DNA of 64,000 bases from Chloroflexia bacterium (GTDB lineage Bacteria > Chloroflexota > Chloroflexia > DTKN01). The first letter of the stretch is position 1. Each line of letters opens with the position of its first letter. Shown in pieces: positions 19,589 to 28,106 of this stretch. Below the pieces are notes generated by a model. That model ran no database searches and was not told where the DNA came from. It saw only the letters and a program-made list of their open reading frames with translations. The stretch covers positions 498 through 64,497 of the forward strand of contig DAOUAK010000007.1 in NCBI GenBank assembly GCA_034433695.1. Reading direction: 5' to 3'. Both the position numbers and the translations under genes were made by a program.

Positions 19589-19621
19589 CGGGTAGGCAAG
19601 GGCAATGCCCCTGCCTACCCG
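19589..19621. repeat. intergenic hairpin, member 1 of the CGGGTAGG...CCTACCCG family
   Basis: CGGGTAGGCAAGGGCAATGCCCCTGCCTACCCG forms a ~15-bp stem with one mismatch, 85 bp after the YgfK-like stop. Confidence 0.6.
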
Positions 19622-19869
19622 CAACCGGCCCGCCCGACGAGTTTTACAACCTACCAAGAAAAAGGGCCGTAGAGAGGCTTTTGGGAGGCCCAATTCGGTG
19701 GTTTGACCGGCAACAGGCAGCAAAAAACCGACCCTTCGCGCCCGGGTTGCGAAAGGCTTGGCCTTCGGCTCTTCGTTTTGAGGGCATGGACGGCGCGGCT
19801 TCTCCAGAAAAATAGGCAGCCTACCCATCGGGGTCGCTCGCAGGCGCCACCACTGAACCTACCCCAGCC

Positions 19870-20470
19870 CTAAAGGGCGGGGTTCTGGTGGCGACCCGAC
19901 CGACTCTCTCGGACTCTCGGCTGTCGGCCCCATCCGCAGGAAACCGGATCAGGCAGATAGTTCTCCGGGTTGTTGGCCCGCCGTTTCCTCTCCACCTGCC
20001 GCTGCAACCGCCGTACCTCTCCTTGTCCGCCCTTGAGCGGCGTGGCCAGGTCCACCTGCGCCCCCCAATCTTCCCCGGCCAGCCCGAACACCCACGGACC
20101 GGGGTCTACCCCGACCCGGCCTGTGCCCACCGTGTTTTTTCGGCTTCCGGTAGGGCTGCCCCTCGCAGATGAGTTGCGCCCAGTAGTGCACCTTCCCGTT
20201 CAGCCTCCGGCGGATCAAACGCACGTCCTTGACCCGGCTGGAAAGCCCATGCGCGACCACCGCGTCGCCCTTGGGGATAACGGCCCGAAGCCGCAAGCCC
20301 ATCCATTCTACGTAACCATCGCGCCAGCGGATGCCGCTCCCGTTCGTCTTGCCCTCCACGCTGTCGAACTGGTTGCGCCCCTTGAAGCGGGGCCGGCCCC
20401 TCTTGCCCACGGCATACCCCCGAACCGCCCGGAAGGCGCGGGTGGCCGTATAATGTAAGTGCCAATTGCC
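19870..20470 (-). pseudogene. tnpB: IS200/IS605-family tnpB (OrfB) relic, 5'- and 3'-truncated with a frameshift
   Basis: One minus frame reads GRPRFKGRNQFDSVEG...GIRWRDGYVEWMGLRLRAVIPKGDAVVAHGLSSRVKDVRLIRRRLNGKVHYWAQLICE (the TnpB PrFKsK...GkWyvs region). A second minus frame continues with VGVDPG...LKGGQGEVRRLQRQVERKRRANN (RuvC-I plus the RlqRk.sRkkk.S.N motif). N-terminal ~90 aa and the C-terminal RuvC/zinc-finger half are absent. Confidence 0.6.
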
Positions 20471-20500
20471 GCCCACCTTCCCACCCCCTTTCCCCCTGCG

Positions 20501-20528
20501 TTTTCCCCCGCCCAAGGGCGGGGGAAAA
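20501..20528. repeat. 28-bp perfect palindrome TTTTCCCCCGCCCAAGGGCGGGGGAAAA at the tnpB-relic/GH-fragment junction
   Basis: Arms TTTTCCCCCGCCC and GGGCGGGGGAAAA are exact reverse complements. Lies between the two 5'-truncated divergent gene fragments. Confidence 0.7.
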
Positions 20529-20583
20529 CAGCCGCCCTTCCTCCCCATTCCTGAAGGAAGGGGCATCCGGGCGGCAAAATCTG

Positions 20584-21354
20584 GTGAAAGAGAAGGATGC
20601 CCCGCTGGACTTCTTTTCGTGGCATCTCTACTCCAACGACCCGCAGGATCGGGCCCGCGCGGCCAGATTTTACCGTCAGGAGTTGGACGGTCTCGGCTTT
20701 CAGACCACCCAGATGCACGTCACCGAATGGAATACGGACATCCGGCAAACAGGGGACCAGAGCGCCGAGGCATTTGCCCTGCGCGTCGGCGGCAAAGGGG
20801 CGGCCATCCTGACGGCGGCGTGGATAGCCATGCAGGAAAACGGCGTCGCCGAGGCGACCTTTTATCGCGGTCCAGACCCGGACATGAATGCGCCTACTTT
20901 CCACGGTCTTTTCTTTGCCAACGGTCAGCCCAAGCGGGTGGCGCTGGCCTTCTCGCTGTGGGCGAAGATGGCGTCCCATCCGCAGCGGCTGGCGGTCTCC
21001 AGTACCCCTGAGGGGGCGCTCTGGTTGCTGGCGGGGCAAGATCCGGCAGGGGAAATCGCTCTCCTTATCGCCAATCCGACCGATAGGCCGGTGAAGTACA
21101 CGATCTCCGGCGTGGATGTGGGCCGGCCGACGCTCTTCCAGGTGAGCGATGCCGATGAGCAGATTCGATCGCCGATGGTCACCGGAAATGTGAGAGATCG
21201 GCGGCAATACGGTCCAGATGGTAACCATCGCCAAGTGATCTTCAGAACCGTTTTACCTCATGGAAAGGTAAGATTTTTCATGAGGCAAAACGGGACTTGC
21301 CAAAGCTGCGATTTTGTGGTAGTGTTTCCTGGGGCGCCCTTTGTGTATGAATAG
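20584..21354 (+). pseudogene. 5'-truncated clan GH-A glycoside hydrolase fragment (C-terminal part of the TIM barrel)
   Basis: Begins at the strand-6 motif DFFSWHLY and carries the strand-7 nucleophile motif HVTEWN. The N-terminal ~200 aa of the barrel are missing. Adjacent to the tnpB relic. Confidence 0.5.
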
Positions 21355-21635
21355 ACACCCATACGCTACTCCAAAGGAGCGCTCCTTCCAACCTGGTTCT
21401 CTACGTGGTTGTTAGGATGTGGAAAAGAGCCTGTCTGAAAACCACCAAGGGCCCGAAGGACACCAAGTTTCATCTACTCCTTTGCCATCTTGCTATTTTT
21501 TCAGACTCGCCCTAAAAGTTACGCAGAAGGGCGGCACCCCAAGTTCTGAGGCCCAGGGCCTTCGATATAGGGGGCAAGCCTCTGGCGACCACCGGATATG
21601 GCGCAAGTGCCCAACTGCACAGGTCCTATATACCG

Positions 21636-22691
21636 ATGAATGTCCGCGAGATTCGTGAAGGTAGCGAGTGGAACCGCCTGCTGCTTTCGTTTCCCCACCC
21701 CCACATCCTTCAGTCCTTCGAATGGGGAGAGGTCAAACGGGCCACCGGATGGGCGCCCAGGCGACTTCTCCTGGAAGAAGGAGGGCAGGCACGGGCGGCC
21801 GCGCTGATTCTGCGGCGGGAAGTACCCTTTCTGGGGGCTCCGGTTCTCTATGTGCCCAAAGGCCCTCTTCTGGCGGAGGACGGGTCGGCCCTCCTGGAAG
21901 CGGCCCTGGCATGGCTGGAGGAAGAAGCCCGTCGGGCGCGGGCCATCTTTATCAAAATCGACCCCGACATCGTCGCCGACGATGCCGCCGCCCTGGAGGT
22001 GCTCCGTCGGCGCACCTGGCGGCGGGGGGAGGATGTACAGTTTCGCAATACGATTCTGGTGGACCTCCGGGCCGAGGAAGAGGCCCTCCTGGGGCGGATG
22101 AAGCCCAAGACCCGCTACAACATCCGCCTGGCCGAACGGCGGGGGGTGCGGGTGCGGGAAGGGACAGCGGCCGACCTGGAGGCTTTCTACGAACTCTACC
22201 GGGAGACGGGCCGGCGCGACGGCTTCCTCACCCGGCCCTATCCCTACTACCGGCAGGTCTGGCAGACCTTCCTGGAGGCGGGGTGGGGGCGTCTGTTTCT
22301 GGCCGAGCACGAGGGGGAACTGCTGGCCGGCCTCTTTCTCCTGCGCTTCGGCCCCTGCGCCTGGTATATGTACGGCGCCTCCTCCGGCCGCAAGCGGGAG
22401 CACATGCCCAACCATCTCCTCCAGTGGGAGGCGATGCGCTGGGCCAGGGCGGCCGGCTGCACGACCTACGATTTCTGGGGAGCGCCCGACCAACTGCATC
22501 CGGAGGACCCGCTCTGGGGTGTGTACCGCTTCAAGGCAGGCTTTGGCGGGCGCTTTGTCTCCCGCCTCGGTGCCTACGATTTCGTCGTCCGGCCGGCCCT
22601 GTACCTGGCCTTCTCCTGGGCCGTGCCGCGCCTCCTCGCGCTCTGGCGACGACTGCGGGGAGAGCCGACGTTGGGGCAGGCCGGGCCTTGA
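21636..22691 (+). CDS. FemAB family peptidoglycan interpeptide-bridge aminoacyltransferase
   Basis: HILQSFEWGEVK at the N-terminus, KTRYNIRLAERRGV, YMYGASS and FKAGFGG motifs are typical of FemABX/lipid II aminoacyltransferases. Confidence 0.75.
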   Translation: MNVREIREGSEWNRLLLSFPHPHILQSFEWGEVKRATGWAPRRLLLEEGGQARAAALILRREVPFLGAPVLYVPKGPLLAEDGSALLEAALAWLEEEARRARAIFIKIDPDIVADDAAALEVLRRRTWRRGEDVQFRNTILVDLRAEEEALLGRMKPKTRYNIRLAERRGVRVREGTAADLEAFYELYRETGRRDGFLTRPYPYYRQVWQTFLEAGWGRLFLAEHEGELLAGLFLLRFGPCAWYMYGASSGRKREHMPNHLLQWEAMRWARAAGCTTYDFWGAPDQLHPEDPLWGVYRFKAGFGGRFVSRLGAYDFVVRPALYLAFSWAVPRLLALWRRLRGEPTLGQAGP

Positions 22692-22811
22692 GGTCTCACG
22701 TTCAAGCGTCTAGAAATGGGATGATTTCCCCGTTGATTCAACGGATACTCGGCAGAAAAGGCTTGTACGCCTGCGTTCCAGAGGGATGAACGGGTACAGC
22801 GGAGGCCCGAG

Positions 22812-23348
22812 ATGCCGCATAACCTCCTTCTGACCGGCCGGCCGGGCATCGGCAAGACCACCGTCATCCGGCGTGTCCTGGAGAGGCTGCCACCGATCCG
22901 GCTGGGCGGCTTTACCACGGCCGAGATCCGAGGGCCGCACGGCCGGCTTGGTTTCCGGGCCACCGCCCTCGGCGGCCCCGAGATCGTCCTGGCCCACGTG
23001 GAACAGGCCGGCCCCTATCGGGTGGGGGCCTATGGGGTAGACATAGCCACCTTCGAGCGGGTCATCCTGCCCTTCCTGGACCCACGACGGGAGGATGTGG
23101 AACTCTTCGTCGTGGATGAGATCGGCAAGATGGAGTGCTTTTCGGCGCTCTTCCAGGCCCGGGTGCGGCAACTTCTGGACGACCCGCGTCCGGTTCTGGG
23201 AAGTGTGGCCCTGCGCGGGCCGGCCCTGATCGAAGAAGTCCACCGCCGGCCGGACGTGGAACGGGTGGAAGTGACGCCGTCCAACCGCGCCGGCCTGCCC
23301 GAGGTGATCGCCGCCCGGTTGCAGCGCTGGCTGAGGGGCATGGAATAG
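22812..23348 (+). CDS. THEP1/NTPase_1 family nucleoside-triphosphatase
   Basis: 178 aa. Walker A LLTGRPGIGKTT, Walker B ELFVVDEIGKME. The size fits the MJ1559-type NTPase. Confidence 0.75.
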   Translation: MPHNLLLTGRPGIGKTTVIRRVLERLPPIRLGGFTTAEIRGPHGRLGFRATALGGPEIVLAHVEQAGPYRVGAYGVDIATFERVILPFLDPRREDVELFVVDEIGKMECFSALFQARVRQLLDDPRPVLGSVALRGPALIEEVHRRPDVERVEVTPSNRAGLPEVIAARLQRWLRGME

Positions 23349-23358
23349 GAAGAAGGCG

Positions 23359-24034
23359 ATGCGACCGTACCTGCTCGCCCTGCTTCTGGTCCTTTTCCCG
23401 CTCTTCGGTGGAGCCTGCGGAGGAACGCCCGCAACCCCGACGAGCGCGACGGAGGAAGTTACCCTGCCGCCGCCCCGGACCCAGGGGGGAATGAGCCTGA
23501 CGGAGGCACTGGCCCATCGGCGCTCGGTCCGCTCTTATACCGAACAAAGCCTGACCTGGGAAGAAATCTCGCAACTTCTCTGGGCGGCCCAGGGCGTCAC
23601 CGACCCACGGGGCTTTCGCGCGGCCCCCTCGGCCGGAGCCCTCTACCCGCTGGAGGTGTACCTCGTGCTGCCCGAGGGCTGGTATCACTACCGGCCGGCC
23701 GACCATCGCCTGGAAGTACGGGGGCGGGGCGACCTCCGGCGAGACCTCTGGATGGTCGGGCTGAACCAGGAGGCACTGCTCCGGGCGCCGGCACTCTTTG
23801 TCATCACCGGGGTGGTCTCCCGCACGGCGGCCAAGTATGGGGATCGGGCGGAGCGTTACGTCTTTCTGGAGGCCGGCCACGCCGCGCAGAACCTGCTCCT
23901 CCAGGCCACCGCCCTGGGCCTCCGCCGTCCCCATCGGCGCCTTTGACGACGCAGGAGTGCGCCGGGTCTTGGGGTTATCTCCGGCGGAGACCCCCCTTTA
24001 CCTGATCCCGGTGGGAAGGCCGGGGGAACCGTAA
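23359..24034 (+). CDS. nitroreductase family lipoprotein, apparently frameshifted near 23917-23922
   Basis: Lipobox LFGGAC; nitroreductase motifs RRSVRSYTEQ, ALYPLEVY, LEAGHAAQNLLLQATALGL. The C-terminal continuation SAVPIGAFDDAGVRRVLGL...PVGRPGEP is in another frame (ORF 23798-24034). This is either a -1 shift at a C-run or a sequencing error. Confidence 0.55.
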
Positions 24035-24066
24035 CCCCCTTTATGCCGGACCCGGGGAATCAAAAG

Positions 24067-24139
24067 CGCGGCTGGGGCGACTCGAACGCCCGACCACCTA
24101 CTCCGGAGGCAGGTGCTCTATCCACTGAGCTACAGCCGC
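24067..24139 (-). tRNA. tRNA-Arg (anticodon CCG)
   Basis: Minus strand reads GCGGCTG TA GCTC AGTGGATA GAGC A CCTGC CTCCGGA GTAGG TGGTC GGGCG TTCGAGT CGCCC CAGCCGC G. Cloverleaf with 7-bp acceptor stem, U33 and anticodon CCG. CCA is not encoded. Confidence 0.85.
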
Positions 24140-24147
24140 GTGGCTTT

Positions 24148-24176
24148 ATTATACCCTATTCTGTTCCGGAACGCAA
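24148..24176 (-). promoter_or_regulatory. promoter TTGCGT-17-TATAAT (minus strand) for tRNA-Arg
   Basis: Minus-strand -10 at 24153..24148 and -35 at 24176..24171. The tRNA 5' end lies 8-9 nt downstream of the -10. Shares the TTTATTATACCCTA context with the promoter at 16181. Confidence 0.55.
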
Positions 24177-24183
24177 ATCAGGT

Positions 24184-24212
24184 TTGCATCCCCCGGAAGG
24201 GCGTAGTATAAT
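24184..24212 (+). promoter_or_regulatory. promoter TTGCAT-17-TATAAT for secD and likely the downstream operon
   Basis: TTGCAT at 24184-24189 and TATAAT at 24207-24212. GGAGG RBS precedes TTG 24249. Confidence 0.55.
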
Positions 24213-24248
24213 GCCTGATATCTACGGCCGATTTTTCTGGAGGTCTCT

Positions 24249-25727
24249 TTGTCGCGCCGCGACGGGATTTTGCTGGCCCTTATCGTGCTTCTGACGGGGC
24301 TGGGGCTCTGGATCGACCTGGCCAGTCCGGCCATTGCCTTCTGGAGGACGGTGCCGGAGGGTTCGACCGCCGAGCAGGAGCATCTCATCCGCTCCACGAC
24401 GCTTCGGCTGGGACTGGACCTGCAGGGAGGGACGCAGGTCATCCTGGAGGCCCAGGTCCGGCCGATCTCCTGGAGCCTTGCCCGCTGGTCCACCCCGGAA
24501 GGTGTGGCCGGCTTTGTGCGCGAGGTCTACGAAAATACGGCCGCGGCCGGCGGGGAAACGATGGAGGTGGCCCGGGATATTATTAACGACCGGGTCAACG
24601 GCCTGGGGGTGACGGAGGCGGTGGTGCAGGTGCAGGGTTCCAACCGCATCATCGTCGAACTGCCCGGTGTTCCCGACCCGGAGCAGGCCCTGGCCACCGT
24701 CCAGAGCACCGGCTTCCTGGAGTTTGTAGACACCCTGGGGGAGGACCTGCCTCCGGATACCCTCATCAGCACGACCTACGGCCTGACCGCCGAGGAGATC
24801 GCCGCCATCACCTGGACGCGGGTTTACCCCACCGTGGTTACTGGTTACGAACTCGTGGCCAACCGCATCGGCACCCAGCCCAGGGAACTCACCGGAGAGC
24901 CGATGGTGCTCCTGGGCTTTAATGCCGGGGGGACGCGCAAACTGGCCGAGTGGAGCCGGACGCACGTGGGTCAGCCGCTGGCCATCGTGCTGGATAAAAA
25001 GGTCATCTCCGCTCCGGTCGTGCGGGAGCCCATCACCGATGGGGCGGCTTCCATTAGCGGCGGAGGGATGACCTGGCGCGAGGCGGAACGCATCGCCCTG
25101 CTCCTGCGGTATGGGGCGCTTCCCGTCCCCCTGACGGTGGTGGAGAACCGCACCGTCGGGCCGACGCTGGGGCAGGATTCGGTGAACAAAAGTGTCATCG
25201 CCGGCATCATCGGTCTGTGCACGGTGCTCCTCTTCATGACCCTCTACTACCGGCTGCCGGGCACCCTGGCCGGCTTGGCGCTCTGTATCTATACCGTCCT
25301 CATCTTTGCCATCTATAAACTCGTCCCGGTTACCCTGACCCTCCCCGGCGTGGCCGGCCTGCTCCTCTCCATCGGCATGGCCGTGGATGCCAACATCCTG
25401 ATTTTCGAGCGGATGAAGGAAGAACTGCGGGCCGGGAAGACGCTCCGGGCTTCTATCGAGGCCGGATTCGACCGGGCCTGGACCTCGATCTGGGATTCGA
25501 ACCTTTCCACCTTGTTGACCTGCGTGATCCTCTACCTCTTCGGCCGTTCGCTGGGGGCCAGTATGGTCAAGGGCTTTGCCATCACCCTGGCCATCGGCGT
25601 GGCCGTGAGCATGTTCAGCGCCATCACCGTCACCCGCACCTTCCTGCGGGCCGTCTACGGTGTCCTCGGCTCGTACCTGGAGCGCCACTCCCGCTTCCTT
25701 TTGGGCGTGGCTCTGGAGAGACCCTAG
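24249..25727 (+). CDS. secD: protein translocase subunit SecD
   Basis: 492 aa. N-terminal signal anchor, periplasmic domain, C-terminal 5 TM with the GIAVDANILIFERMKEE motif. Confidence 0.95.
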   Translation: MSRRDGILLALIVLLTGLGLWIDLASPAIAFWRTVPEGSTAEQEHLIRSTTLRLGLDLQGGTQVILEAQVRPISWSLARWSTPEGVAGFVREVYENTAAAGGETMEVARDIINDRVNGLGVTEAVVQVQGSNRIIVELPGVPDPEQALATVQSTGFLEFVDTLGEDLPPDTLISTTYGLTAEEIAAITWTRVYPTVVTGYELVANRIGTQPRELTGEPMVLLGFNAGGTRKLAEWSRTHVGQPLAIVLDKKVISAPVVREPITDGAASISGGGMTWREAERIALLLRYGALPVPLTVVENRTVGPTLGQDSVNKSVIAGIIGLCTVLLFMTLYYRLPGTLAGLALCIYTVLIFAIYKLVPVTLTLPGVAGLLLSIGMAVDANILIFERMKEELRAGKTLRASIEAGFDRAWTSIWDSNLSTLLTCVILYLFGRSLGASMVKGFAITLAIGVAVSMFSAITVTRTFLRAVYGVLGSYLERHSRFLLGVALERP

Positions 25728-25729
25728 CC

Positions 25730-26662
25730 ATGCTGCACCTGACGCGCCACCGCTACCTCTACTTCCTCATCTCCGCCCTGATCATCGTCCCGGGGGTGGT
25801 GGCGATGATCCTTTCGACCGTCCGCTACGGCGCACCGATGCGGCTGAGCATTGACTTCACCAGCGGCTCGTATGTGGAGGTCGGCCTGCCCCGCCCGGTA
25901 GAATCGGAGGAGGTGCGGGCCGTCTTCCAGGAAGAGGGGCTGGACGTGGCCTCGGTGCAACTGACCGAAGGCGACCGTGTGGCTATCGTGCGCACCCAGG
26001 TGATCGATATGGCTACCAAGGGCCAGCTGATGGAGGCGCTGAAGGCGCGTTTCGGGGAGGTCATCGAGCGACGCTTTGATGTGGTGGGGCCTTCGATCAG
26101 CCAGGTGGTCACGCGCAACGCCCTCTACGCGGTGATCGCCGCCGCGCTGGTCATCCTGGGCTTTATCACCTTCGCCTTCCGTAAGGTGCCGCATCCCTTT
26201 CGCTACGGCCTTTGCGCCATCATCGCCATGGTGCACGACATTCTGGTGACGGTGGGGCTTTTCTCGCTGGCGGGCCTGCTCTGGGGCTGGGAGGCCGATA
26301 CCCTCTTCCTTTCGGCCCTCCTCACGGTGATCGGCTTTTCGGTGCAAGATACCATCGTGGTCTACGACCGCATCCGCGAGAACACCCCCCGGATGCGCGG
26401 GCTACGCTTTGAGGAGATCGTGGACCACAGCCTGACCCAGACGCTGCATCGCTCGCTGACGACGCAGTTGAACGCCATGTTCGTGATGGTGGCCCTGCTC
26501 CTCTTCGGCGGGGCCTCGATCAAGCAGTTTATCCTGGTCATGTTCATCGGCCTGGCCAGCGGCACCTATTCCTCGCTTTTCAACGCCGTGCCGCTGCTGG
26601 TCGTGTGGGAAAATCGAGAGGTACCGCGCTTCTTGCGCCGATTGGCGGGCAAGGTGGCCTGA
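25730..26662 (+). CDS. secF: protein translocase subunit SecF
   Basis: 310 aa. IIAMVHDILVTVG and VVYDRIREN motifs; starts 3 nt after the secD stop. Confidence 0.95.
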   Translation: MLHLTRHRYLYFLISALIIVPGVVAMILSTVRYGAPMRLSIDFTSGSYVEVGLPRPVESEEVRAVFQEEGLDVASVQLTEGDRVAIVRTQVIDMATKGQLMEALKARFGEVIERRFDVVGPSISQVVTRNALYAVIAAALVILGFITFAFRKVPHPFRYGLCAIIAMVHDILVTVGLFSLAGLLWGWEADTLFLSALLTVIGFSVQDTIVVYDRIRENTPRMRGLRFEEIVDHSLTQTLHRSLTTQLNAMFVMVALLLFGGASIKQFILVMFIGLASGTYSSLFNAVPLLVVWENREVPRFLRRLAGKVA

Positions 26663-26687
26663 GCCTGGGGCCTGCCTGGAGAGGTGC

Positions 26688-28106
26688 ATGATGGAGGAAT
26701 ACACGCCCGACAAGGAGTTGGCCGGCCGGCTGCGCGAAATCCGCGAGCAGGTCCGGACCCGAAGCGATTTCCTTCGCTCGATCCGGGAAAAGGAAGATGA
26801 AGAACTGCTTTACGGTGACCGCGACCTCCGCCTGTTTCCCCAACTACGAAGCCATCTGGAGGAGGTGGGACGGCTCTGGCAGGTGCAGGAGCAGCCCTTC
26901 CGTTCCCGTCTCCCCATCCTGGGCCCCCTCATCGCCTGGTTTCGCGAGCGCTGGAACCGTATTTCGACCAAATGGTACGTCCTGCCCATCCTCCAGCAAC
27001 AGGTCCACTTCAACGCCGCCGTGGGCCGGGTGCTCCAGGACCTGCACCGTTTCGTCCAGACCTCTTCCTACGACCTGGTCCGGCGCATGGATGCGATGTT
27101 CTACCCGCTGGATCAGGAGCAAGCCGCCCTCCACGCCGCCCTGCAGGACCTCCGCGCCGCCCTGGACGAGCAGGCGGGCAAACTCCGGGAAGAAATCGGG
27201 CGCCTGGAGGTTTCCCTGGCCCAGGCCGAGGAACGCCTGGAGGTTTCCCTGGCCCAGGCCGAAGCCCGTCGGGAGCGGCGGCAGCAGGAACTGGCCCATC
27301 AACAGGAACTCGACCGTCGCGGCCTGGCCTTCCTGCGGATGAAACTCGATGCCCTTCTGGCCCGGATTGGGCCGGCCGGTCCGCCGGCGCTCGAGCCGGC
27401 CGTGGCCGAAGAGCGCGAATCCCTCCGTGACCACGACTACTACCGCTTCGAAGACCTCTACCGGCGCGAGGAGGAGATTCGGGCGCTGCAACGGGAGTAT
27501 CTACCCTTCTTCCAGGGTCGGAAGAACGTTTTGGACCTGGGGTGCGGCAAGGGTGAATTTCTGGAACTCTTGCGCGAGAACGGGATCGAAGGGTACGGCG
27601 TGGACCTGAACGAGGAGATGGTGCGCCGCTGTCAGGAAAAGGGGCTTCGGGTGTTCCGGGCGGATGCCCTGGGGCACCTGGCCGGCCTGCCGGACGGCTC
27701 TCTGGGTGGACTCTTTGCCGCCCATCTGGTCGAGCATCTTCCCCCGCGCACGCTCCTGGAACTCGTCCAGATGGCCTGGGCCAAACTCCAGTCGGGGGCC
27801 TACCTGATTCTGGAGACGCCCAATCCGCTCTGCCTGTGGGCGCTGGTGAACTATTTCTACCTGGATATGTCCCACGTCAAACCGATCCACCCTCAGGCCC
27901 TCACCTTTTTGCTGGAGATGCACGGCTTTCAGGAGGTTGAGGTGCGCTACCTGCATCCGGTGCCCGAGGGGGTGCGGATGGTACTCCTGCCGGAAGGGGG
28001 AGGAGGAGACTGGGAAGAGATGGCGGCGCTCCTGAACACCAACTTTGGCCGGCTCAACGACCTCCTCTACGGCTACGCCGACTATGCCGTCATCGCCCGG
28101 AGGTGA
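26688..28106 (+). CDS. coiled-coil + class I SAM-dependent methyltransferase domain protein
   Basis: C-terminal VLDLGCGKGEFLELL and LFAAHLVEHL methyltransferase motifs. N-terminal helical/coiled-coil region containing a tandem 11-aa duplication. Paralog of the gene at 33174. Confidence 0.75.
   Translation: MMEEYTPDKELAGRLREIREQVRTRSDFLRSIREKEDEELLYGDRDLRLFPQLRSHLEEVGRLWQVQEQPFRSRLPILGPLIAWFRERWNRISTKWYVLPILQQQVHFNAAVGRVLQDLHRFVQTSSYDLVRRMDAMFYPLDQEQAALHAALQDLRAALDEQAGKLREEIGRLEVSLAQAEERLEVSLAQAEARRERRQQELAHQQELDRRGLAFLRMKLDALLARIGPAGPPALEPAVAEERESLRDHDYYRFEDLYRREEEIRALQREYLPFFQGRKNVLDLGCGKGEFLELLRENGIEGYGVDLNEEMVRRCQEKGLRVFRADALGHLAGLPDGSLGGLFAAHLVEHLPPRTLLELVQMAWAKLQSGAYLILETPNPLCLWALVNYFYLDMSHVKPIHPQALTFLLEMHGFQEVEVRYLHPVPEGVRMVLLPEGGGGDWEEMAALLNTNFGRLNDLLYGYADYAVIARR
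27201..27266 (+). repeat. in-frame tandem duplication of 33 bp (2 units, 31/33 identical) inside the methyltransferase coiled-coil
   Basis: CGCCTGGAGGTTTCCCTGGCCCAGGCCGAGGAA followed by CGCCTGGAGGTTTCCCTGGCCCAGGCCGAAGCC. Encodes RLEVSLAQAEE then RLEVSLAQAEA. Confidence 0.8.

Noticed and set aside
20501-20528. 28-bp perfect palindrome considered as a bidirectional intrinsic terminator
   Set aside because: In both orientations the GC stem is followed by an A-tract, not a U-tract, because the T-run is part of the stem. It is more likely an IS-end or recombination scar.
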